Origin: a virus
Taxonomy: Duplodnaviria; Caudoviricetes
Virus record (IMG/VR): IMGVR_UViG_3300005805_006725
Span: 1 to 27,067 of that record
Strand: one strand, 5' to 3'
DNA: 27,067 nt
The position numbers and the translations under genes are program-made. Under the pieces are notes generated by a model. It saw nothing but the letters and a program-made list of their open reading frames with translations. It was not told where the DNA came from and did no database searches. Each line of letters starts with the position of its first letter. Within the stretch, counting starts at the first letter, position 1. Below, piece after piece: positions 8,156 to 16,570 of the stretch.

Positions 8156-9898
8156 TGTGCCATAACTAACTTGACTAATATCAACAGTAGCAACCCATCG
8201 TATATTTTTGCCTGTTAGTCCGGTTACATTAATTTGTAGTGCCTCATTAGTATCGTCTGCTGTTACTGATACAACGCAATTGCTCATTGTTGATTCTGAC
8301 CACGATTCGACAATATTGGAACCAACCATACTTGTTATATTACTAGCATTGCGTCTTATACAACCTCGTATATTCCATCCGGCTGCTGTATTATCATTAT
8401 TATTATAAGCACTTATTTGTATGGTAAAAGTCCATGAGGTTCTAGCTGGAAGAACTAATAAATTGGTTGATACATCCGGCACCGAGCCATTTAGCGTTAA
8501 AGCATTTTCTGTATTATCGGATGTTAATCTTCTAGCAACTAAAATAGTATGTTGAGCGTCTCCAACAGCATTAAAAAATCCGGCAGCGTGACTTAATTCA
8601 CCGTGTCTGGTAGCCTTGGCCCTAAGCCCTCCCGGCACAGTGGAATACGTTCCGCCAGCCTGATTATTTGATCCGCCGCCAACTGTTGATGATTGTGCAG
8701 AAGACGTGTTGCTACCGCCTCCACATACTGTTGATCGGTTACCACTAGCAGTATTAAGATCTCCTCCACAAACTGTCGATAGCACGTTACTAGCAACATT
8801 GGTTTGTCCTCCGCCAATAGTAGAATAAGAATTTGCGGTACGATTATCTGATCCTCCACATATGACGCTATAACTTCCAGCGGCCACTCCAGATACAGAG
8901 GTTCTAACTCTTTGAAAATCATTGCTATAAATACCCCTAGGATTACCACTTGTATCAGTCAGCAACGATCCATCACCATTAGGTCTGAGTATTAAATCGC
9001 TATCAGATGTTGTTGTAGATAAAACATTGTTATCTAATCTAAGACTATCAACGTTGATTTGACTAGTACTACCATCTATATTTAGCGTACCATTCCCAAA
9101 TAATGTTGCTATGTTTGCTGTTCCAGCATACCATTTAAAAGCTCTAGATGCTGCTACAGGAACAGAAAACCACATCGCTCCAGCTTCCATACCCAGAGCA
9201 AATTCTGTTTGAGTTGAACTAATATTGGGAGATAAAACAATTTTAGTACCAAGACTTCTATTAGTGGTAAAATTAGGCGGTCCAATACCACTACCATTAA
9301 AATCAATTCTATTTCCACTAGAATTATTTAGATATAATTGACTGGTTCCGGTTTCGTTACCAATACTACCAGTAGAATATATCGTATTAAATGTTCCACT
9401 ATTAGCAATTATATTTCCATTAATATTTAATAATGAACCATCAAAAGTCAAATTATTTTCAGCATTAATTCCAATACTTGATCCATTGCTAGTAAGTATC
9501 CTATTATCTCCACTATTATTTATAGTTGGCAACAAGCCGCTAACAGCATTATTAAATGGCGATCCATTAATAGACAAATTATTAAAATAGCCGCTTCTAA
9601 AAACTAATGAAGATGATCCTATGTCATAAATATTATTAGCTAATGGAACAAAATGACCACTATTAGTAATTTTGAGTTTACCGGTTGCTGTGCTATTGGT
9701 AGCGGTAGAAAATACTATAGCCGTAGGATTATTAGCATTTGTAAAATTTCCCTCGGCCACAGCATCTATAGCGGCTCCTATAAGAACAGAAGTTGATCCA
9801 TCGCTTTCGTTAGAAGCCGCAAATGATACTGATCCTAATTTATCATCAGTTATAATATCATTATCTGATGTTTGTAATGTTATTGATCTTAATGTCAT
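8150..9898 (-). CDS. Fibre/adhesin-like virion protein with 14-residue Gly-rich beta-roll repeats
   Basis: 582 aa, S/T/N/G-rich; six SxxxGGxxNxA-type repeats at ~8610-8875. Confidence 0.75.
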   Translation of the reverse strand: MTLRSITLQTSDNDIITDDKLGSVSFAASNESDGSTSVLIGAAIDAVAEGNFTNANNPTAIVFSTATNSTATGKLKITNSGHFVPLANNIYDIGSSSLVFRSGYFNNLSINGSPFNNAVSGLLPTINNSGDNRILTSNGSSIGINAENNLTFDGSLLNINGNIIANSGTFNTIYSTGSIGNETGTSQLYLNNSSGNRIDFNGSGIGPPNFTTNRSLGTKIVLSPNISSTQTEFALGMEAGAMWFSVPVAASRAFKWYAGTANIATLFGNGTLNIDGSTSQINVDSLRLDNNVLSTTTSDSDLILRPNGDGSLLTDTSGNPRGIYSNDFQRVRTSVSGVAAGSYSVICGGSDNRTANSYSTIGGGQTNVASNVLSTVCGGDLNTASGNRSTVCGGGSNTSSAQSSTVGGGSNNQAGGTYSTVPGGLRAKATRHGELSHAAGFFNAVGDAQHTILVARRLTSDNTENALTLNGSVPDVSTNLLVLPARTSWTFTIQISAYNNNDNTAAGWNIRGCIRRNASNITSMVGSNIVESWSESTMSNCVVSVTADDTNEALQINVTGLTGKNIRWVATVDISQVSYGTP

Positions 9899-9901
9899 TT
9901 A

Positions 9902-11683
9902 TTAAATAATAAACCAGTTTGTTCCATTGGATACACATGTTAGACTTTCGTATTGATAATACAAAATTTTTGATACCGCTCCATCTATAAGAGCTGTTGT
10001 TCCTTCTCGTGTCACCGCAACAGTACCGGCTGCGCCGTCTACTTTTTTAACGGTAATCATTCTGCCAACAGTACTAACTGACGGCAGAGTAACTGTTAAG
10101 TTGGATCCCACTGTACTTACTAAATTAATATCTGCTGTTAAAGAAATACTGCTACTAACAGAAGCAACACTTCTGCTTAGTTTAGCCTCAGTAACTGATG
10201 CATCAGCTATGCCGGAAGTATTTATAGTGCCGAATCCTATTGAAGTTCCAGAACGACGTAATACTGTACCGTCAGATGAAGCGGTTATATCCGCTACATC
10301 AGCAGTTGAATTACCAGTAACTCCAACAACCGATAAGCCAGCACTTTGTCTAAATTTAGCATTAGTAACAGCATTATTAGCTATGCCGGAGGTGCCGATA
10401 GTACCAAAACCTAAAACTCCACCGCTAACGCGCAATACTTGATCGGCAGTATTTGTTGCTATAATATCGGCCACTGCTGCTGAAGCTGTGCCAGAAACAC
10501 CCAAAATCGACAATCCCGAACGAGAACCCAGAGCATTTTGTTTGTTATTAAATGTGGTCCAATCTGTACTACTTAGAGCACCTCTATTGGAAGATGATGC
10601 TGTTGGAACATTCAAAGTTATCACAGGCGTTGTTGAACCGTTAATAACACTACTAGCAATATCTGTACCAGCTGTTCCTATTGTTAAAGCAGCAACACTT
10701 GTGACTGTGCCTCCACTGTTAGTATCTGTCCACGGAACATTAACAACAAGCTGATCGGTACTATTAACTTGAATAGGATAGGTTCTACTAGTTGTAGAAG
10801 TTGCAGCAACTGCACTTTCAGTTTGAGTAGCATAACTAATTAAATTAGCATGAACACCACCAGCGTTAACCAAAATACCAGAACCATCAGTTACTGCTAC
10901 AGTATCGCTAGCCACAGTAATACCATTACCAGCACCAACATCAATAGTGTTACCATTTCTTACTATACCGGATCCGGCAGTAAATGAGCCCGCATTACTA
11001 AATTGAGCAAACGTTAAAGTCGTAGTATTGAGAGTGATAGTATCATTCGTTGTTAGTACCCAACCGGTATCACCATTTGTGGTTCCTTCGGTCACAAATA
11101 CGAACATACCAGCAGTAACTTCACCGTTAGCGCCTCCGGTGTCAGCATCTGTTGTTCGACTTAATAACCATTGCGATCCTGCAGATCCGACGCTGGCAAC
11201 ATAATAAATACCATTAGTTGCATCACCTTGATCTTTAACTAGGATTCTATCATTTACATTTAGTGTTACGCCATCAATAACTGGAAAGGTTCCATTAACA
11301 GCTCCTTGAATTTGATTTGTACTATTCGTAACGGGCGCTATATTTGTTGTTGTAGCTACTCGTACACTTTGTTTAACATCCAAACCAGCTCGTGCAGCAT
11401 CAACATAAGCCTTGGTAGCAGCATCAGAATCGGCAGTTGGGGTTGCTAAATTTGTTAAACGTCTAGCATTAACATCTATTGTGCCATTACTATTAAAAGT
11501 TAACATACCACTATTTGGTATGTTTATGGACCCGCCAGCATTTAGTAACACATTAGGAACAACTAGCCTTGAATTGGGCGCATCAACAGTAAAATTTGCA
11601 TTGGAAAATAAACCAGGATCGCTTGGGGCTGGTCCGAAATATGCTATGCCTGATAATGCGCCACTATATGGTAAAAAGGCCAT
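9902..11683 (-). CDS. Fibre-like virion protein with an internal tandem duplication
   Basis: 593 aa with GGGAG RBS. Contains DAATKAYVD, the DRILVKDQ...NGIY domain, two ~58-aa repeats and a C-terminal TVTLP...IDG...W domain. Confidence 0.8.
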   Translation of the reverse strand: MAFLPYSGALSGIAYFGPAPSDPGLFSNANFTVDAPNSRLVVPNVLLNAGGSINIPNSGMLTFNSNGTIDVNARRLTNLATPTADSDAATKAYVDAARAGLDVKQSVRVATTTNIAPVTNSTNQIQGAVNGTFPVIDGVTLNVNDRILVKDQGDATNGIYYVASVGSAGSQWLLSRTTDADTGGANGEVTAGMFVFVTEGTTNGDTGWVLTTNDTITLNTTTLTFAQFSNAGSFTAGSGIVRNGNTIDVGAGNGITVASDTVAVTDGSGILVNAGGVHANLISYATQTESAVAATSTTSRTYPIQVNSTDQLVVNVPWTDTNSGGTVTSVAALTIGTAGTDIASSVINGSTTPVITLNVPTASSSNRGALSSTDWTTFNNKQNALGSRSGLSILGVSGTASAAVADIIATNTADQVLRVSGGVLGFGTIGTSGIANNAVTNAKFRQSAGLSVVGVTGNSTADVADITASSDGTVLRRSGTSIGFGTINTSGIADASVTEAKLSRSVASVSSSISLTADINLVSTVGSNLTVTLPSVSTVGRMITVKKVDGAAGTVAVTREGTTALIDGAVSKILYYQYESLTCVSNGTNWFII

Positions 11684-11724
11684 TTTTTATCTCCCTAAAT
11701 ATGTTAGTTAATACCCTTCTATAA

Positions 11725-11734
11725 TTTATACACT
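11725..11734 (-). promoter_or_regulatory. RGTGTA motif, AGTGTATAAA
   Basis: 45 nt upstream of the 11683 start; overlaps the TAG stop of the upstream gene. Confidence 0.55.
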
Positions 11735-12350
11735 AAAATACAAACCAATTACTATTATCAGAAATTAACGTTACGCTTTCATTAATATAGTTTAAAATTG
11801 TATTATTTTTATTGTCTATTTTTTGATTTCCTGATGGTTGAATAATTAAATTAAAAGATCCTGATACCTTTTTAAGATACATTTTTTTACCACCAACTCC
11901 GGATGCTGATGGCATAGTTAAAGTAATATCAGAGCTATCACAATAAGCAAAAATTGTTTCGTCAGAAGGTAACAAATTAGCAGAAGACGATACATTTTTA
12001 TAAGGAGTAGTTAAACCATCAACACTAATAGTATAAGTTGTTCCACTAGTTGTAACATTAACATTGGATCCTGGTACTATATTAGTTATTGGTAATAATC
12101 CACTCACACTACTATTAAAATCACTAATAGTCGATGAAGTATGAGTGTGGCCACTAAGACTGACTCCGGTACCATTAACCAATAAATTTTGGCTAAAATT
12201 ACCAGTACCAACAACATCTAATTGATAAGATGGATTGTTTTGATTAAGTCCAACATAACCACTAGAAGGTATGAAGATAGTATCTCCTAGACCACTAGAA
12301 CTAATGGTTTGACCTAAATAAGCATTTTTTCTAGACAGCGAAATAGTCAT
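11733..12350 (-). CDS. Short fibre/connector protein with an HxH module
   Basis: 205 aa; GYVGLNQNNPSYQLDVVG, GHTH module, and a C-terminal domain paralogous to that of 9902..11683. Confidence 0.75.
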   Translation of the reverse strand: MTISLSRKNAYLGQTISSSGLGDTIFIPSSGYVGLNQNNPSYQLDVVGTGNFSQNLLVNGTGVSLSGHTHTSSTISDFNSSVSGLLPITNIVPGSNVNVTTSGTTYTISVDGLTTPYKNVSSSANLLPSDETIFAYCDSSDITLTMPSASGVGGKKMYLKKVSGSFNLIIQPSGNQKIDNKNNTILNYINESVTLISDNSNWFVF

Positions 12351-12357
12351 AATAAAA

Positions 12358-13212
12358 TTAATCTGGAAGATTCCAGTTTTCTATAGGAACGTTGCGCGGG
12401 ATTAAATCGTACGGCTCTTGACTAACTCTAGAAGCTATTCTATTTAAAATTGCTGTATTATTTTTTTCTGATGACAAATGAGAATATTTTTTATATGTTA
12501 TATGTGACGCATCTGCTAGGTCAACAAATAAAGTATTGGGTATTACATCGTTTTGTTTACAAAATATAGCAAAATTTCCTTGTTCTAACATTGTGCTTTT
12601 GGTGTTTGTACTATTGAAGCTATCGTTAGGATTATTTGAAATTATTCCAGGAGAACCCGTCCATAAATCATTATACAGTGGGTTATTGATCATATTGATA
12701 ACAAAATTACAATATTCATTAATAAATTCTAAATCCGTTCCTCCAAAAATTCCCATATTATAACAGCGTAAATTATTATTGCTTAACCATTCATAAGGAA
12801 TCGCACAGCTCAAATCAGCTTGAAGTTTTAATGAATTATATATATTGTGTTGGCCAATAATCTCATCTTCTGATTGAACAAAAACGTATGAAGATGTTAA
12901 AGTTTCTGGTAATTTTTCCCATAATAAAACATCACCATCCAAATGTAAAAATGGTTCGTTCAAATTACAAATATATTGATAGCTATAAATTTTACCCAAA
13001 CTCCATAATGTTTTATAATCTGGAACATTATTTAGCTCTATATGAAACTCATCAAAAGGTAAAGTTTTAAATATTTCGTATCCATTATTATCTGTAATTA
13101 AAGACACAGAACTATAGTGTTTTTTTGCTAATGCTAAAGACAGTTTCCATACATCGATTTGAGTATGAGAAAAACTAATTCCTCTTGTCCATAAGCTCAT
13201 GTATGTTTTCAT
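12358..13212 (-). CDS. DUF6734-like putative GT-A fold glycosyltransferase
   Basis: Likely start MKTYMSLW (284 aa). Motifs WSLGKIYSY, EPFLHLDGDVLLW (DxD), YNMGIFGG and LEQ. Confidence 0.65.
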   Translation of the reverse strand: MKTYMSLWTRGISFSHTQIDVWKLSLALAKKHYSSVSLITDNNGYEIFKTLPFDEFHIELNNVPDYKTLWSLGKIYSYQYICNLNEPFLHLDGDVLLWEKLPETLTSSYVFVQSEDEIIGQHNIYNSLKLQADLSCAIPYEWLSNNNLRCYNMGIFGGTDLEFINEYCNFVINMINNPLYNDLWTGSPGIISNNPNDSFNSTNTKSTMLEQGNFAIFCKQNDVIPNTLFVDLADASHITYKKYSHLSSEKNNTAILNRIASRVSQEPYDLIPRNVPIENWNLPD

Positions 13213-13231
13213 AATATATGCCTTTTTATAA

Positions 13232-14131
13232 TCATGGTCCACCAGCTCCTACTACACCAGCGCTACTACCCGCAAATAAGATAGGAGGAGACTGTATCGC
13301 CACTCTCCATCTATTAGCTAAATAAATTAAAATGATAACAAAACCACCCATGAATAACCAATGCTGACCATTATTTAAACCAGATGAGTACATTGGCATA
13401 GCTAATCTATTAATATTAACAGAGTCTTCATGCTCATTAAATAGATATATTCCCTTAGTCATACCATTAGTAGTATTTACTAAGATTTTCATTTCTCCTT
13501 CGTATCCAGCTTTTATTCCGGTTACTCCTAAATATGAAGTTATGGCATCTGTGGTTAAATCTAATTCAATAATAGTAGCTCCGGATAAATCCCAATCGTT
13601 TTTGGTTTTTGAGTCTAGTATAATTTTTTTAGTTGATAAAACAAATGGATTTATTGTTCCATGAGCGGCCGTTTTTGTGGCTACATATTCAACGATAGAA
13701 CCACTAGCAACAGGATGAGAAAGAGTAAAAGATTGACCATTAGAAGCATTATAGTCTATAGCTTCAAATAATTTAACACCATTTAAAAAAATATCTAGCG
13801 AACCCACATCATATCCGCCACTTACATTAAAAGAGCTTTTTTCATTCGTAACTAGTTCATAACCCTTAACAGCTAATGGAAAATTACTAATATCGCTAGT
13901 TTGATGAGCGTGACCACTTATGCTAACAGGAACATTATTAACAAAAATTCCGGATCCATTTTCATTAATACTAAAAATAGAAGTGCCTGAACTATTAACA
14001 AAATTAATATTGTTATTGTTTTCTACTCTAAGATTAACGGGTTTGTTGCCCGATCCTACAAATAGTATGCGCGGAATGCCAGTTTCTGCTGTTTCGGGAA
14101 ATATACCTATAACTTTATCAGAATTTGCCAT
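13232..14131 (-). CDS. Modular virion fibre/connector protein
   Basis: 299 aa; VPVSISGHAH module and an LDIFLNGVKL...DY small domain. Confidence 0.7.
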   Translation of the reverse strand: MANSDKVIGIFPETAETGIPRILFVGSGNKPVNLRVENNNNINFVNSSGTSIFSINENGSGIFVNNVPVSISGHAHQTSDISNFPLAVKGYELVTNEKSSFNVSGGYDVGSLDIFLNGVKLFEAIDYNASNGQSFTLSHPVASGSIVEYVATKTAAHGTINPFVLSTKKIILDSKTKNDWDLSGATIIELDLTTDAITSYLGVTGIKAGYEGEMKILVNTTNGMTKGIYLFNEHEDSVNINRLAMPMYSSGLNNGQHWLFMGGFVIILIYLANRWRVAIQSPPILFAGSSAGVVGAGGP

Positions 14132-14133
14132 AA

Positions 14134-15549
14134 TTATTGCTCCGCAACCAACAGGGGAACATCTTTACGAATGCCCGTAAAGCTCCAATAAAATTCATAC
14201 GGCCCGCCCGTTTTACTTCTATACCCCTTAACAATAAAACTATTATTATTTAAATCTATTTTATCAACATATAGTATTTTATGATGACTCTTATTGGTTA
14301 ATTGAATATTAATATCATTTTCATGAATTAAATATTTCATGTATGAAGGTAATACAATTTTACATTCGCCCTTTTTTAGTTTGCCACAACCAGTTAGTCT
14401 TACTCCGTTATATGGACTTTCTAATGATCCGTATTGTAAATATTGATATGGTGAATCAGGATCGGGGTGTTGTATACGAAAGTATTTTTGTTTAGCAGAT
14501 ATGGAGGCTATGAAATCCACATCTTTTGTTGATTGTATTGTCATGACTTGTTCGCCAGGGTCGGGCGAAAAAATCAAATTATCTACTCCTACAGTACTAT
14601 TACCTCCATTTGTGCTAAGGTTTAATATATATACGATATTATCGTACTTATTTTTTACTCTGGATAAATTAGCAACAGAAGTATTATTTGCATAGGGGGC
14701 GACTCTTATCGGTATAGCCCATTCGGGCACAATCTCATTATGATTATCGTAATATGGTTGTAATTGATAAATCCCATTATTTTTAGGATCAGAAAAATTT
14801 CTAAATAAAACTTTGTCCCCAACAATTGGTTTTCTAGGAAAAAATTTAAATATGTTCCTACCGTCTAGTATAGTATTATTTAGAAATGAAGTTGGAGTAG
14901 ACTGAATCGTTAAATCAACCAGATCAACATCTGTTAAACTTGTTGTATAATTAATTTGTAGTCCTGTTGCACTAATAGTAGTACTGTATGGCCCATCGTC
15001 ATAAACTCTGATGTCTCCGTTGCGAACGACTACTGATCCGCTAACTCCAATAGACTGCGTAGCATTTAATACTGAAAAATTACCTATTGACGGTATATTT
15101 TCTCCAATAATAGTTTTGTCTATAGAACATCCATAAAAACCGCCAATATAAGTATTATCAAGACTTCCAGCTCCTTCTTCTGGTACAGTAGAAAAAATAA
15201 CTTTATTACCATTAAGTATTTGTAATTTACTGTCACCGTCTATTAATATAATATCAGAACAATTAAATAAATATGGAGTATTATCTACTGTGCTGACAAC
15301 TCTTGTTGCATTAATATTTAGACTTTCGGTAAAGTTTCCAGTTGCTGCAGTAAACTTGCCATTAATTTGGGTGTCTTTTGTAATATCAACCACAGACTTT
15401 AAATTATTCCAAAGCGACAATCCGTCCCCTATTTTTAATATATTGTTCGTAATATCAAATCCTGGTTCTCCGCTAGTCAAAGGCTGTGACGAACTCGCCC
15501 ACTCGGATGCTGTTCCTTTACGAAAAGTAATTAAATTTTTAACTGGCAT
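14134..15549 (-). CDS. Fibre protein with an Mtd_N-like N-terminus and a chaperone-like C-terminal domain
   Basis: 471 aa; FRKGTASEW...GEPGFDITNNILKIGDG at the N-terminus; KYFRIQHP...YGSLESP...LPSY...IQLT...GIRKD at the C-terminus. Confidence 0.75.
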   Translation of the reverse strand: MPVKNLITFRKGTASEWASSSQPLTSGEPGFDITNNILKIGDGLSLWNNLKSVVDITKDTQINGKFTAATGNFTESLNINATRVVSTVDNTPYLFNCSDIILIDGDSKLQILNGNKVIFSTVPEEGAGSLDNTYIGGFYGCSIDKTIIGENIPSIGNFSVLNATQSIGVSGSVVVRNGDIRVYDDGPYSTTISATGLQINYTTSLTDVDLVDLTIQSTPTSFLNNTILDGRNIFKFFPRKPIVGDKVLFRNFSDPKNNGIYQLQPYYDNHNEIVPEWAIPIRVAPYANNTSVANLSRVKNKYDNIVYILNLSTNGGNSTVGVDNLIFSPDPGEQVMTIQSTKDVDFIASISAKQKYFRIQHPDPDSPYQYLQYGSLESPYNGVRLTGCGKLKKGECKIVLPSYMKYLIHENDINIQLTNKSHHKILYVDKIDLNNNSFIVKGYRSKTGGPYEFYWSFTGIRKDVPLLVAEQ

Positions 15550-15586
15550 AGTTTACCGGTCTAATATTAAGATTTTTGATAATATA

Positions 15587-15838
15587 TTATAATACACTAT
15601 CAGAACTGGTCCATGCTGATCCGCTTAATATAACTAGCATTTCGCCGTGATCGTATGGTCCTATTTTTGTGGCTAAATTATTTACACACTCTGGTATAGA
15701 TCCGTCCCACTTAACAAACGTTAAACTGTTATCAACGCTTTTTCGCACAGTGTCCGGGCCCGTTTCTAAAACACTATCCCAATCGATACTATCTAATTCG
15801 CTAGTATTAAATATCATATAGTTTCGTTGTTCGTACAT
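15587..15838 (-). CDS. Small conserved phage hypothetical protein
   Basis: Likely start MYEQRNY (83 aa); ETGPDTVRKSVDNSLTFVKW. Confidence 0.7.
   Translation of the reverse strand: MYEQRNYMIFNTSELDSIDWDSVLETGPDTVRKSVDNSLTFVKWDGSIPECVNNLATKIGPYDHGEMLVILSGSAWTSSDSVL
15589..15598 (-). promoter_or_regulatory. RGTGTA motif, AGTGTATTAT
   Basis: 43 nt upstream of the 15549 start. Confidence 0.55.
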
Positions 15839-15848
15839 AATTTCTTCT

Positions 15849-16535
15849 CTATAGGCCAAAGCGGCCCTTGGTGGCATTATAATTTTGTAATATTTCTGAA
15901 GTGTTTAATCCTTTATTTTTATATATTCTAGCAGATCCCAGGCTTAAGTTTAAAAATATACTATTTGCTCTATTCCTACCTAGCATTAAATAGATATAGT
16001 TATTTAAATCAGATGTATGAGACACAGACGCTACTGATGTAGTATTAAAATACATGGTTATGGTGCCGCTAAGTCTACTTAAACATATATTGATCCAGCT
16101 ATTCAATACAATTGACGATGATGATGTGCAAATAGTGCCAGCTCCTTGTAAAAATGCTATAGTTCCATTGCTATTCATTGATAATTGATAGGATCCGTTT
16201 GGGTGTGGAACCGTAGCTGTATCGCTAGCGCTGATTATACTACCAAAAGAAACAATAGAAGATATTTTAACCCAAAAATCAAAAGTGAAATCTCCTGTAC
16301 CCATACTTAAAGCGGATCTATTACCAATATCACAATAATCATTTGTTCCATCAAAAACTATAATACCACCATTACTACTATTATAGGTTGGTCCATTAGT
16401 TAGTATTCCATTGTATCCATTTCCAGAAAGATCACTCCAGATTGTTCCACTCCCAGGATAACTCTTGCTATTAGCAGCATCTAAACATAAAACTAATCCA
16501 CTAGTAACAATATCTGGTCCACGATAAACTGCCAT
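15849..16535 (-). CDS. LamG/concanavalin A-like lectin domain virion protein
   Basis: 228 aa; IVTSGLVLCLDAANSKSYPGSG..W.DLSGNG...FDGTNDY...EILQNYNATKGRFGL. Confidence 0.85.
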   Translation of the reverse strand: MAVYRGPDIVTSGLVLCLDAANSKSYPGSGTIWSDLSGNGYNGILTNGPTYNSSNGGIIVFDGTNDYCDIGNRSALSMGTGDFTFDFWVKISSIVSFGSIISASDTATVPHPNGSYQLSMNSNGTIAFLQGAGTICTSSSSIVLNSWINICLSRLSGTITMYFNTTSVASVSHTSDLNNYIYLMLGRNRANSIFLNLSLGSARIYKNKGLNTSEILQNYNATKGRFGL

Positions 16536-16552
16536 AATAAAATTTCCTATAA

Positions 16553-16570
16553 TCCTATACTATATTATGG
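16553..16570 (-). repeat. 18-bp exact direct repeat, copy 2
   Basis: Identical to 8138-8155. Confidence 0.85.
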
